Origin: Trichodelitschia bisporula
Taxonomy: Eukaryota
Direction: 5' to 3'
DNA length: 64,000 nt
Assembly: GCA_010356995.1 (NCBI GenBank)
Contig: ML996687.1
Span: 497,803-561,802, forward strand
A program made the translations under genes and the position numbers. Position 1 is the first letter of the stretch. Each line of letters opens with the position of its first letter. Positions 12,204-25,168 of the stretch are shown here, in pieces. The notes beneath the pieces are model-generated. The model was not told where the DNA came from. It made no database searches and was given only the letters and a program-made list of their open reading frames with translations.

Positions 12204-15200
12204 GGCTATAGAGGTTGATGGCGATCACCTAAAAATTGATCATCGAAGTTGGTTTGATTGCAGTGGGTCCGTAACGTGGGTGGATGACGTTGAAAGGAGC
12301 TGTAGAAGCACTTGCGGGGGAAGATGGCAGATAATATAGTGCATTCCAGACAGCCCACTTGAACAACGCATAGTGTGTCGAGTCACGGTCAGAGGACTTT
12401 TTCACCTCCAATCAACCAATATCTTTCGCGGTACTTGGTGACTGCAGTGGGAATGAGAGGGGGCATTAAGGCAATCCTGTACGCTGGCACCTTCCGTCCA
12501 CTCACTCCGTATGAAGAAGCCCATCAAGGAAAACTTCGGTGTGCGCTCACTGCTTTCTGCAGAGAATGGCAGCTGAGAGGTTTGGTGGTCGAATTACGGG
12601 GACAGCCACGACGTCAATCTCGCCGACACGTGCCAGTCTCCAGCAGCAGCTGTGCAGCCCACCTCAAAGCCCATGAGGACGAACTCGGTTGATTTCCGAA
12701 TATTGCCTACATCATTTGAAACGCTGCTGCTAGCTCAACCGGGTCCACGTATGTGGCACAGTTGTGACGGCGTGTAGAAAACGGACAGCGCTCGAGAGTT
12801 AGGAGCATATCCCCCCCCCCCAGCTGCTGCTATCCTCCACTAGTAGGCGAGACCATCGGATGGACGGAAGGCAAGCGGCCACAAACTATCCGAAGAAGGT
12901 CTTGACCGCCTCAATTCTCAAAAACACCCAGACGAGGGCAGCTGCAGTGGGGCGTACTTGTTATGTGATATCTGCGGAAATCCACATGAGGAATGAATCG
13001 CGTGATAGCAGGTACTGGCTTGAGGCTGTACAATCGTGTTCAGCTCCTGTTCGTGAACCTCGCCGCCCAAGCGTCGTTTGCGGTGACTTTCTTAAGAGCT
13101 GTGATAGTGCGCTGGCAGCGCCGAGTCTAGGCTTGTGCCTAGGACCGATGTGGCTGCGTATTCCCGCCGCCTAAAATGCAGAGAGGAGATGCAGTGAAGG
13201 CGCCACGTCATGATCCGAAGTGATCCGCGCCGGGATCCCGGAGGTCGGGAGGAGGGCGCTATAGGCGTGGCACCGAGAGGAGATGGCCGTCACCGGGGAA
13301 CGGGTCAAAAAAAGAAAGGGGGTTGTGCAACAAGCTCTTGAGTTTGAAGTGCCGCCGTTGGAACGGCAAGTCGCCCTGGCGATGTGGCGTTTTTGACAAG
13401 GCTTATCCCGGTCGATGGGAAATCTCCCAACGGCACTTCGAACCACTTGGCTCACGCCCTCGGTGTGTCGTCAATGTAGCTTTCGCACATGAGAGTCCAG
13501 CTCGATATGGGAATATGGGAAGCGGTCCGGTTGGCCATCGGTCAGATAGTGCTTGATTGTTCGCTGCGCAAGACAACGACATACCGACTATAACCGGTAC
13601 TCGAACGGCTGAAGGTATCGGTCGTGACTAGCAAATGTCGCATTGACGTGGATATAGACATAGCTCCGACATACAGATCCTCTGGGCGTTACGCACGATG
13701 TATGGCGTGCAGCTTCGCTCGAAGTTCGGAGCATCTTATTTCTTCAGGCCGTAAGGTGTCCACCGGCTTCCGTAGCCGAGCCCACAGAAGGCCGAATAAT
13801 TGAGATCCAGGCCATCCGTCCCAACTCCAATGCTTCGCTCTCAGTTGATGAAGACGGATGCCCTTTCCCCAAGGGAAGGGCAAAATTGGAGGTCCTTCCA
13901 GGTACGAACCCAGTTACAGGATGCGATCCATGGTCCAGAGTACGAAGCGTTGCGCGTTTCCATGCGAAGAAGAGGCCAGTTTTGGACCAAGAGAAGGCCA
14001 GCTTTGGACCAGGAGGCGACGCAGCAAAGATAATTGAGGTGAAAGTCCTCAAAAGGATAGTCCTGCCAAAAATCAACCAAGGAACATCCGGTTCCCCTCA
14101 CCCGGTACCGGAATCTGAACGAGACTGCCTTAGGTCGAAGGACGTTCCATCCAATCAAGTCAAGATCGAATATAAGCTTCCACGGCCTGATTGGTTTCGC
14201 CCGGTTCGACGTACCACTTCCGTCGAGGCCGCAATGTAACGAAAGGGCCCTCTCCAGCGCTGCCATCGCCAGCTTCATGTGCCGGCGTGATGACGTGCAA
14301 CGTATCTCGTCTCTTCGGTTTTGTTGAATGGTACCTTTTCCGCATCAGTCTTCAAGTGCCCTGCCCATCTCCAAATTGGGGGTCTCGAGCTTATACGTCT
14401 TCAAGCTAATGGTTCCACGTCCTTCTTCCGGCATCCTTTTACTGCCACAATTCCGCCTGCTTGGATGACGACCTACTTGGGCTGCAGCACTTTGAAGACC
14501 AGTTGAGCGCTTTGCAACCTGTTGGCTTAATACCAGTGACTTGGAAATACTGTGGCGATGATCATTGACTTCTATTAGCAGCGATCTGGATGTCGATGCC
14601 TGACGCCACATCGAACGTGGCATAGGCTTAATGGCTTTTTCGATCACAGCCTCAATATCCCAAAAGCGGATGAACTAGACAGCAGCACCCTACGATAGTA
14701 ATTGCTGCCAGGCTACTGAGATCCGGCTTTCGCCGCAATTTTCCCCCCCTTCATCATCGTCATCGAGTAGAGAGGCCTAAAACGCACTGATCGTTCCACC
14801 GCATCTCCAGGCTTCTTCGCCTCCACCGTCGAATTATGGTTTTCAGTCGGGGATTTTCGAGTGCATGGACTTTAGCTTGGAGTGCCTTGAGTTTCCCGTC
14901 CGATGCGATAAATTCCGCTGAATCCAAAGCCATGGGGTAGTCGCAGAAGTCAAAAATGGCTCCCTCGCCTCTCCAACGCTCAGCACGGGCGGGGATAAAG
15001 GTGCAGGGCTAGGGAATCCATGGAGGCCCGGATGAATCGGAAGACCAATGTCGTGGGTTAGAGACAAGGTGAATACAGATACGAGATGTGCGGGGGGGTC
15101 ACCTTGCTAGCGTTGGGGTGTCTCGCCCTACCGGCCCATGGTAAGGCGTGAAGTTAGCACGGCGCACGAGCATTCACTTTCCGACGGTCCCATGGCACAA

Positions 15201-16589
15201 ACCGCTTCACCACTCTTGACAGCTCACACTTTCCTTCACAATATACCCCCATTTCCAGATGGTCACTTCCTCGCCGACCAAGCCGAATAGGCGCGTCGCC
15301 AGCTGCGACGCCGCGACAACGGGGACAAGGGAGTCGAACAGAGTGCGGGCAGACGATGTCTGCCGGGTCCATTTCAGGTCAGCAATTTCTTAAGTACCAG
15401 TATGCCAGCGGCTCCCAAAAGGAAGTCGATTCGAATCCGTACACGCTGCTCTTTGATCGCACCGACCAGCTTCTCCATAGCGTCCGTCGCGGGATTTACC
15501 TGAGCCCGAACATTGCTGTTGTCCAGGTTGCCCCAATTCTCACTGCGGTGGTAGACGGCCGCGGTACCGGAGTATCCGTTTAAGCTACGTGCAACGCTAC
15601 ACTGGTGATACCCAAATGCGGAGGGTTCGATCCCGCCACATTTGAGCTGGACAGAGATCCTGGCGCCCTGAGAGGACGTACCTGCTTAACCGGAGTTCCA
15701 ATGGCCGTCGACCGCTCTTTCCGACCTTGGGGCCAGATGGAGAAACAGCAATCCAGCAGCATGATCTCGCGTTCCCCGCAGATATCCGTTGTTGGGAAAG
15801 CAATTTCCACTCTTCTGCGCAACCTTGTCATGGACTGCTCTGCCATCCCTCCGGATTGCCAACTCACTTGTATTCAGCAAGTACCACCGTATGGCAAAGC
15901 CGTCGATTCTGCCATGCTTTCCAGTGCCCTGAGCCGAGACGGCGTCCGATGGTGAATCCCGTATCTTATTGACTCCAACATGCGGGAATCGAACACCATC
16001 ACACTGACCAATTCTGTTGGCGTCGATCACTATGCGCAAATAATCTGGCTAGTGTCAAGGCAGCTGCAAGAATGCAAACGTAGCGCTTCAACAGTCTACC
16101 GTACCAGTTCACAGATCTCGCCCAGTGGCTGCTCTAACAAGCTCACCTACCCCTAGGCCCTTGTACAAAGCGTGGCTGCCAAATGCAGATATGGTGTTGG
16201 TGCAAGGATGCAACTGCATTGAGTCTTCTAGCACCTCGCACTGGTATGGCAGCTCTGTTCGGCCGAATCTTTCAATCGCCATGCCGCTGCGTGCCCATCA
16301 CAGCATCTGTGGCAACAACGCTTGCCGGCTGACGCCCCTTCCATCATTCTCTACTACATAGCATAGAGCGGCAACTGCATCCATAATGGCGTTGAACCTG
16401 TTCGATATGCTGCTGTCACAGCCCTCTTCACTTTCGATCAACCATCTCAACATCTTCACACAGCGGACATCTCAGCCTATCTCTCACTAGCACATTCTTA
16501 ACAAGTTATCCTTCGTTCACCCATTTATTCAGATCTCTCACTCAATACCAAGCTGCTTGAGCAACGGTGGTTTCAGTGGCTCCATTGAC

Positions 16590-17993
16590 ATGGAACTATG
16601 CGTGGGCTCGGATGCCCCGAAGAATGACGAAGTTCCCAGTGCTTCAGACCCTCATAGCCCTCACGGAGGTCTTCAAAGCTCTTCGGATGCCGGGAATGCC
16701 AGCGGTCCTGACGGCAATGACTATGAGGACAATGGGTCCGACGGCAAGGAATCCGACGTAAAGTACTCCGGTGGAGAGTCCTCCATCGGAAAGGCATACG
16801 ACGGCGACCACTCCAGCGGCCATGGCGGTGACGGATCCAGTGCCTCGTGGATGTTCCATTCAAGTAACGACTCCGACAGCCCTCTTGAACAGGCGGTCGC
16901 CCCGTAACTGATCCTCGAAGACCCCATTACGCATCAGCTAATTTTTCCCAGCGTGCTCACTCTGAAAGAAATCTGGGACAGAAAGATGAAGGAGCAACGG
17001 AGCAGCTGTCGATGGAGCCCGCCCCATGATCATGATACTTACCCTCTCAACTGGTTTGGATCTGTGGAGCGGGGGAGAGCACTTCTAGCCATGATGAAAG
17101 CTGGTTCCCTCGCCGAAGCGTCACGAATCTACGGCAATGATGCCTCAAGCAAGTTCCCTGACCTGACAGGCGACGTGATGAAGGATTTCGGCTGGGCTAC
17201 CGAGCGCGGTGATGGTAAGCTGAACCAGTTCATTACCATGTACTACAACATGTACGATGTTCTAGAGACCACCGACGACCCATTTGGTGTCGACATCATG
17301 GTGGACCACTTATATCCGTGGTTCGACGAGGAAAATAATTTCCATAAAGTAAATTACTACTTCCGGGCTTGTCCCTTGACACTGAAATAGCAGGGAACCA
17401 AAGCTTCTTACAAAAACACGTATCTCGTGGATAGCGGAATCATCATTGCCTGGTCAAACTTCAGTCCAGGGCATATGATAGCCAGAAACCAGGACATAGA
17501 GTGGGATCCGGAAGATCCTCCGGATTTTGAGACAGCGGAAATTCCCCCGCCTCTCCATCACTGGTCCGACTTTGCGCACCTTTTTTGGAGAGAGCAGTGC
17601 ATTGAGAACCTGGTCGATCCGGCAACGCTACGCTACGTAGCGTGCGACTGGATCATAAACGAGGCCACCCATCACATCGTAAAGTATGCAATATTGTGCT
17701 TGACTCAAGAGCTCGAACTCCCTCGTTGGGAAACGGGTCCATTTGTGATTTCCATGGAAGAAGACGAGGGTCTGGCTCTTTTGGGCAGCCCGAAAGGGCG
17801 GGGTATCGGATGGATGCTCCTCCAGCACAAGGATACTTTTGGAGTGAAAGCAGTAACCCACGCCTTGTGCTTCAGGACTGCTCTCAGCAAAGACTTTTTT
17901 CCCGGGGAGTGGTACGAGAGCATAGAAATTATCTTTGTCATCGATGATGTACCCGCAGAGGCAGCGGGCGAAAACAAAATTCCGCATGGGTGA
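16590..17993 (+). CDS. Hypothetical fungal protein (unknown domain; paralogue of 61371-63112), 3 exons
   Basis: Phase-compatible introns 16904-16951 and 17349-17390/17393. C-terminal domain GIIIAWSNFSP..LHHWSDFAHLFW..LRYV..ALLGSPKGRGIGWMLLQHKDTFGVKAV. Start codon uncertain. Confidence 0.7.
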
Positions 17994-19593
17994 GAAGGAC
18001 AATACGGAGCAAAGTGACAGTCCAGTATAGAGGGCGAGAAAATCTTTGCCTGATTCCGCGGATGCGTAGATGGCTTGGGTTCTGTTGTTGCATTCATTCG
18101 GGGTATGTTCTCGTTTGTTCCGCAGATCGAGTTCGCCTCACTGTTCAGCTAACCTTAAGAAGACTTTCGTTTAGCACGTTGCTTGTTCCCGTGGTTAGGA
18201 TCGAAGGTCGCTTAAACGGTGTGACCATTCAGTCATTTTCGCTACATCAGAGTGTGAGACAGAGCCAGACCTGGGCCCGAGCCCACCTGTGTCTATCGGT
18301 GGTGATTGCAATGGCTCTTGACTGTCAGTGGAAGGGAAAATATGCAGTGTTCACTGTCGCAATATCAAGAGCGCCTAGAAAGTCCATCTTTTGTACTCTA
18401 ATAGTTCTAGTCGGTATTCACAGTCGCGTGGTCGAAAGTGACGGAATCAGAGTTCTTCCCCTTGAACCGATCACCATCTCGTCAGACCCTGAAGAGCCGC
18501 CGTGAACTGTCACACATGTCCATTCAGACGGAAGCTCCTTCAACCGAGAGGCAGCAGTGCACCAACGCTCCGAAAGTGTGATCATTCAGTTTCACCTCCA
18601 CCCGAAGCTGAAACGGGCCTCAAGAAGCGCGATGAAGCTCAAAATAGGATCGAGCAAGTTGAGGTTGGTGATCACGAGACAATTATCCGTCTCCACCTTA
18701 AGACCCTGGCGTTTCGTTTCACTTTGATGGTGAAGGGCACCATGATTGGCCTCGCGTTGCGCCCCCGAAGCGCCGCAGGAAAACGGCCCCAACCAATCGC
18801 CTGAACACAGCCATTTCACGACGATGTCGCGCCCGGGAGTGCACGCCGGCGCTTTCGTCGTGAGAGAGTGGGGCGAAAGAGAAAACACCAAAAGTCAGGA
18901 GAGGAGATGCTCGCGATGTCGACGGAGCTACGGCTTCGTGGTGCAGTTCAATATGTCCATCTTCAGGGCGATGCATCGAAGCCCGTGGCACCGTCCAGAG
19001 TGGCCTTGGCGGCCCCAAAGCCCGTGGCCGCGATGACATCACTACGCCACATGGGCCCTTTGCCCTGCAAACTGGGCAGGGTCATGAGCTTTAAAACCAC
19101 GTCGCTTCCCACCAGCCTCATCAAGTCGACGCCCTCCGCCTCGAAAAGGACAGAAGTCACCGTCCACCCCATCGCTTCAAGCCTTCGATAATAATCCACT
19201 GCCCCCCCCGCATCAGCTCGCAAATAGAACGGCGCGCGCGCATCCGAAAGTGCTTCTGTCTCCCCCGTTTCGCAGGGCAGGCAGCAACAGCACGGACAAG
19301 CAGCAGGATGCGCGCGCGCTGCGACTCTGCCCTCTGACGTTCGCTCCGTGTCGACGACTCTCATCGTCGCGCGGGGCACTGGCTGGGACGCCACGAGTGG
19401 CTCCGGCAGTCGAGGAGCCGCTGCGGGGTTGTGTGCGGTGATTGGGTGGACGGTGGGCGGATCCTAGGCGCCCGGCCTTTGGGTCGTTTCATGTTTTGGT
19501 GGAGAGAGTGGGCGGCAGGTGAGTTTCGTACCCTTCCTATTTTGGCTGTGGTCCTCTTTTGGGCGTTGATGCTCCGTCGGTGAACGTCGTTTG

Positions 19594-19681
19594 CTTTGTT
19601 CACGATGCGATGCGATGCGATGTCTTTGTTTCGCCTTGGCGGGGTGGGGCCGTGTGACTTGTCCTTTGTTGCCGCTTTGTA
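19594..19681 (+). promoter_or_regulatory. Cluster of HMG-box-type CTTTGTT sites upstream of PRM1
   Basis: CTTTGTT at 19594, 19624 and 19664 plus CTTTGTA at 19675, about 270-360 bp upstream of the PRM1 ATG; (CGATG)4 lies between the first two sites. Confidence 0.5.
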
Positions 19682-19949
19682 TGAGTGGTGTTTTCCGTCA
19701 ATGGCTTTATTGAGCGGACTACTCCCCGCCCATGGAACTCTTCTATTCTGCAGACTTCTCTCAATAGCCTGGCGTCCATCCATCGCTTTCCCTTCCTGTG
19801 TGTACTTCGTCAATAGTTTCCTCTTTTCTTAATCCTCGCTCTGGCAGCTATTCACCTCGTCTCAATTCACACAGCCTGGCGCTGCCCATAATCAGCCTTT
19901 CTAATACCTCTCCCAGACCTCCACCACCTCATCATCACCAACCTCCATC

Positions 19950-22157
19950 ATGGCCTTCGTGGAAAACCGACAGCAAACCCTTTCGGCTATGCCTCCGCCC
20001 TCCTCCGCTGGCGATCATGAGATGCGAGACTACTACGCCGGTCAGGATGCACCGCGACCTTCCCCGAACCAAGCACCGTACCTTACGCCATACCTCGGCC
20101 TCCGGGCCCGCCTATCCCAAGTTTGGATCAACCGATGGACTATTCTCTTACTCCTAGTGCTCGTCCGCACTTTACTCGCCATCGCGAGTACCGACAACCA
20201 ACTGAAATCGGCTCGCCGCGAAGCTCTCTCTGCATGCACCAATGTCGAAAAGGTCGGTAGCGCCATGGCCTCCATGCCACACTACATGAGCCAGGGCGTC
20301 AACAAAATGACCGCCACCGGAATCACGCGCGCTGTCAACGGACTTGAGAGCGTCACCGAGTTGATGGTCACCGGCGTTGAGGAGATTGTCGTGTTCTACA
20401 TCGGAATGCTGACTAATACCTACCTGTGCCTGACCACCTTTGCCGTCACCGGCAGCCTCTCCTCCACGCTTGAGGGGCTCCAGAAGGCGCAGGATGGCCT
20501 GAACAATGCCATTGGTACTATCACTAGCGACATCAGCTCCACTGCCGACACTCTCCAGCAAGGCCTCAACGGGCTCACGTCGGGAGTCAACACCTTCACG
20601 GGCGGTTCGCTCCCCAAGGTCGACTTCTCGAAGCCGATCAACGAGCTCAAGAACCTCAAGCTGCCCACCGACGTCACTGGCGACCTGCAGAAGCTCAATT
20701 CCTCCATGCCGACCTTTGTGCAGGTTAAGAACGCCACCGAGACGGTGATCCGTTTCCCGTTTGACGAGCTCAAGAAGCTCATCAACAGCACCATCGGCGG
20801 CTATCAGTTTAACACGTCGGTGCTGCCTGTGCCGCAAAAAGAAGCTCTTAGCTTCTGTTCTGACAATAACGGCATCAACGACTTCTTTGATGGCCTCTTG
20901 CACGTCTCACACGTCGCGCGTATCGTCTTCATCGTCGTGCTCTTGACGCTTGCGATCGCCATCTGCCTCCCAATGGCATGGCTCGAAATTCGCCGCTGGC
21001 GCAGCTTGCAGCAGCGTGCACCGCTCATCGCAAAGCACGCGGTTGACCCCATCGACGGCATCTACATGGCCTCGCGCCCGTACACCTCGCGCCTCGGCAT
21101 TGCCGTCGCCGACCGCGTCCACTCACCGCGTGCCAAGCTTGTCGCCCGCTGGGCCGTTGCCTACTCAACATCCATGCCCGCGCTGTTCGTTCTTGCACTC
21201 GGTCTCGCCGGTCTATTCGCTTGCCTGTGCCAGTTCATCCTGCTCCGCGCTCTTCAGAAGCAGGTCCCGGGCTTGACGGATCAGGTCGCCAATTTCACGG
21301 GTGCCGTCGTGCGCAAGGTCGACGCTGCGTCCATGCAGTGGGCCAACGGCACTAACGCGGCCATTGCGGCGGAAAATGCGCGCTTCAACGAGGAAATCTT
21401 TGGGTGGGTCAATACCAGTACCACGGCGGTGAACGCGACTCTCAACAAGTTTGTCGACGAGACAATGTCGCTGCTCAACGCATCTTTCGGTGGTACTCCG
21501 CTCTACACGCCCATCAAGGAGGTCTTCAACTGCCTCGTCGGCCTCAAGGTCGCGGGCATTCAGTCCGGTTTGACGTGGGTACACGATAATGCCCATGTGT
21601 CCTTCCCGACCTTGGGCAATGACACCCTGTCACTCACCGCGCTGTCCAAGAATTCTGACTCGACCTCCGATGACAATTTCCTTGCGAACCCAGAGAGCGC
21701 TTCCCGCGACGACATCAGCAATGCCGTCCTGCGCGTCACGGACCTTATCGCTGCCGCGATCCGGCAGGAAGCCATTATCTCGACTTGCATCCTGCTAGTG
21801 TGGCTCATCATTGTGCTCATCGGCATTGGCCGTGCCATCATGATGCTGTCATCACAGGATAAGGTCCGCGGCGAAGCCGGCAATGAGTACAACATCCCAC
21901 GTGGCTACAACCCGACGGTGCCTGAGCACTTTGGGGCGGAGCCCAAGATCCCTCGCCCCCAGAGCGCTGCTCCGCCATACGTCCCGCGCGAAGACGTCGA
22001 TCCGGACGTCAACACGCATTCGCCGTACACGCTCAACCCGCATCCGTTTCCTCGCAAGGATGATACTCGGCGCGAGAGCGCATCGAGCGCGTGGCCGTTT
22101 CAGCGCAACCTGACTGGTGGTGCGCAGCACAATAACGAGAAGAGTGGTTTCATTTGA
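19950..22157 (+). CDS. PRM1: Plasma membrane fusion protein PRM1
   Basis: 735-aa intronless ORF with PYLGLRARLSQVWINRWTILLLLVLVR, ASMPHYMSQGVN, LTNTYLCL, FGWVNTST and CLVGLK, and several TM segments; characteristic of fungal Prm1. Confidence 0.93.
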   Translation: MAFVENRQQTLSAMPPPSSAGDHEMRDYYAGQDAPRPSPNQAPYLTPYLGLRARLSQVWINRWTILLLLVLVRTLLAIASTDNQLKSARREALSACTNVEKVGSAMASMPHYMSQGVNKMTATGITRAVNGLESVTELMVTGVEEIVVFYIGMLTNTYLCLTTFAVTGSLSSTLEGLQKAQDGLNNAIGTITSDISSTADTLQQGLNGLTSGVNTFTGGSLPKVDFSKPINELKNLKLPTDVTGDLQKLNSSMPTFVQVKNATETVIRFPFDELKKLINSTIGGYQFNTSVLPVPQKEALSFCSDNNGINDFFDGLLHVSHVARIVFIVVLLTLAIAICLPMAWLEIRRWRSLQQRAPLIAKHAVDPIDGIYMASRPYTSRLGIAVADRVHSPRAKLVARWAVAYSTSMPALFVLALGLAGLFACLCQFILLRALQKQVPGLTDQVANFTGAVVRKVDAASMQWANGTNAAIAAENARFNEEIFGWVNTSTTAVNATLNKFVDETMSLLNASFGGTPLYTPIKEVFNCLVGLKVAGIQSGLTWVHDNAHVSFPTLGNDTLSLTALSKNSDSTSDDNFLANPESASRDDISNAVLRVTDLIAAAIRQEAIISTCILLVWLIIVLIGIGRAIMMLSSQDKVRGEAGNEYNIPRGYNPTVPEHFGAEPKIPRPQSAAPPYVPREDVDPDVNTHSPYTLNPHPFPRKDDTRRESASSAWPFQRNLTGGAQHNNEKSGFI

Positions 22158-24223
22158 ACGCTCTGTTTGATCCAAAAAGAAAATAAAAAAATTGTTTGGC
22201 CTGGAACTCTTCGCGTCGCCGCTGACCTTTCCCCCTCCGCCTTCGGGTGTGTAGGCTCTGAGTCTATGGTCGACGCCCAGGAATTTTTCGTCATTCTCTC
22301 CATAGGCTTTCCCGGATACCGAAATGGCCGGATGGTCCTCGTCGTGTTGAGGGACATTTTTTCTCCTCGACGAAACCGCTATTAAATGATTGACGGGCGT
22401 CTGTCCTCGTCGCTTATTACCGGAAACCGTGAGCTTGTTTTTCGAGTGTTTGAGTTGCGTTGTTGCCTTCCTTGTCCGACGTTGAGCCGGCCCAGCTCCC
22501 CTTTTCCCTTCTGCTGTTTATCAGGAGCACGTGGAAAACGCGGCGAGCAGGCCGTCCCTGTACCGGTAAAGTTCTCGAACTCGCAGCCCTCTGCCTCCCG
22601 CCTCCAGTCTCCCACGTCCGAACCCCGTGTTCATCCCCCCGCCCGTAACCCTCCCTCTCACTCCAAACCCCCTGCTGGTTGTATCTTCGGACCCGGCTGT
22701 GCGCGGATGCAGTGAGTGGGCGGGCCGGGTTGTGCGCGGTTGATGGGCCGGGCCGAGGGCGTGGGGTTCTGTGCCGGACATATTGGGTATGGTCGCTGCA
22801 CTTCCCTGCTTAGCTAACGTGGAACTGCGCGGCTGGGCGAATCCTTGGACCCGCGTTTGCACGCTGGCTGTATCCTTGGATTCCCGTTGTGTGGTGCCCG
22901 TGGGCGACGTTGGGATAACATGTGCCTAAGAGCGTTCGATAGTGATATCGACACCCGAGCCTCCGTCCCGCCTGGCTGGTATTTTTGTATTTGTTTCAGT
23001 TGTTGAGGGGACCAGCCAGTGTGGGGGAATAATTGACCTTAGGGGATTGCGTTCCGATGAGGACGGGTTGAGGAGGATTGCGTTGTGGGCGCGCTATGTG
23101 GGCGTTTCCCTTTCTGACTTAGATCGTGGGCCGGTTTATGCCCGGAGGACATTTGGTGGGGGAATCACTTTCTTGTGAGGTGTGATGGGGTCGCGGGCAG
23201 ATTGTATGATTCACGGAGGTCTGTGTTGTCGAGATGTGGACCGTCACTCTTTTGGTTGTCGGCTGGGGAGATGGTGGTTCCGGCCACTGTGATGGACCTA
23301 CAGTGAATTAAGATACTTCTCCCCGTTTCTTGTGCTTTGATGGTGATGTTCTCTGTGATGTATGACTGCAGTGGAACCAGTCCAATGCCCAACTCTCAGG
23401 AATGCTGCAACGTGCCCCTTGCATCCGCGGAGACCGCCGTCATAGCAAAGGCATTGTCCGCTTCTTTCGACCCTGTAGTTCTAGGTGTTTGGTTCGCCCC
23501 GATGAGGCGGCTCGGAATACGGCATGGGGCCGAACCTTAATCCAACCACGTTGTCCCTCTCAGCCTTATGGACAAGGCTAGGAGCACAGCTTCCGCAGGC
23601 AAGGGCATATCTTGTGTGGGAAGTATCTACCACCAGCATGGGATGAACACGAACTTTGTCTCAAGCGGCTCCACTGCCCACATCCACCTCCGCTTGCTCG
23701 TCGTCATTATACATACTTACATTTCTGCAGTCGTTGTCATCGCACTTGTGCGGTGAGCATTCTTCCACCACCGGCGCCATCGGACACAAGCGCCCATTCA
23801 ACTGGCCCACCATCCGTCGCTATATCGTGTACTTGAAAATGCTTGGCGGCGTGCAAGGGAACGACCCCCAACGAGGGGAGCAAACACACAACATACCTGC
23901 TCGCCAAGGAGAAGAATACCAAATGGGCCAAGGAGAAGACTACCAGATGGGGTCCCCCATTGACCATCCCCACCATTTCCTCCACAACAACTTTCCCAGC
24001 AAGCCATTCCCATGCTCCACTGATCTCATCGCTATTGCACTCGCAACCCTTTGCCTCCTCGAATTCAAGCTTTCAGAGAACACAAAACTTCTTCAAGAGG
24101 TACGTACCGGAGAAACCGGTTCTAAAAACATTGTTCCCGGCATTTTATTCACTGTCCAAGCCTCTCGCCAGCCATTTGCTCTGCCTCCTAGAACTGGTAC
24201 CGCCGATCACCGGAGTCGGCAAC

Positions 24224-25168
24224 ATGAATCACGAACTGTGGGCTCCGAAGAAGACCTACGTCGATTGGGGCACTCAGACCCCTCAACCAAAGGCGAAGAT
24301 CGAGTGGGCGACCGAGACCAACGCCTCGGAGGGCACCGCCAACACCGGAGAAGTCACCAATGGCGGAAAGGTCACCAACGCGGGACAGGGCACCCAGACG
24401 CCGGTAAGCCGCTCGCCACAGCCGATCCTGGATCTCAGTGATCTGTCGGGATTCCCGTATGAACCGCGCACGCCGCCATACTGTGGGCGCAGGACTTCTC
24501 GTTTCTTTCCGAGCCCGTCAGCGGTTAAGGAGGGTTCTACTACCAGTATCACCGCGGATGAGCCAGCAAGCCGCTCACCGCAGGCGTTGCCCGATCTTAG
24601 CGATCTAGCCGGGTTCCGGTATGAACCGAGCACACCGCCGTACCGTGGCCGGAGAACCTCTCGTTTCTTTCCGAGCCCGTCTCCTGCGGAGGAGGCTCCT
24701 ACGACCGGTACCGCCGCGGATGAGGATATTGCTACCAGAGCGGATGAGAAGGTTTATACCAGCGCGGATGAACAGGTTCCTACCACCAGCACCACCCCGG
24801 AGAAACTTGTGGTTCCATATTCTCTGCGCTCTCGTTATGTCTCGGGCGACCGAGCTCAACCAAACACTGCTGGTGTTTGGAACATCCCGCACGTTCGTAC
24901 CTCCCTTTAGTACAAGCTCTTCAAACCCCCCAGACGGCCATCCCGCGCCCTTGCGTGTTTCCCAAATGAGGACGAACTGACACGTGCCCGTATGCAGATG
25001 ACCGAAGAGCAGATCGTCGAGGCTGAGCGCGATGTCGCCCAGTGGCCCACGCCGGCTCAGGCAACGGACGCTCCTAAGCGCGCCTCCCAGGGTGCCGTGG
25101 AGCCGGTCACGCCGCCTCCGAAGTCGAAGAAGGGTGGACAGGGGAGCAAGATCGATCTGTCGAAGTAG
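24224..25168 (+). CDS. Hypothetical T/P-rich protein with an internal 54-aa duplication, 2 exons
   Basis: ATG 24224 within the open frame 23843-24910. Putative intron ~24893-24997 leads to exon MTEEQIVEAE..IDLSK* (TAG 25166-25168). Confidence 0.5.
24407..24725 (+). repeat. Two imperfect 162-nt direct repeats (coding)
   Basis: SRSPQPILDLSDLSGFPYEPRTPPYCGRRTSRFFPSPS at 24407 vs SRSPQALPDLSDLAGFRYEPSTPPYRGRRTSRFFPSPS at 24569. Confidence 0.9.

Noticed and set aside
15580..15867. IMLLDCCFS resembling a caspase-like catalytic motif
   Set aside because: No upstream catalytic His-Gly motif, and the flanking sequence is not convincingly protein-like.
18502..19441. Several overlapping 90-150-aa ORFs between the unknown gene and PRM1
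   Set aside because: No recognisable motif, no consistent splice model, and mostly non-ATG starts.
23903..23953. 24-nt tandem duplication CAAGGAGAAGA(A/C)TACCA(A/G)ATGGG
   Set aside because: Only two copies, upstream of the likely ATG, with no evidence of function.
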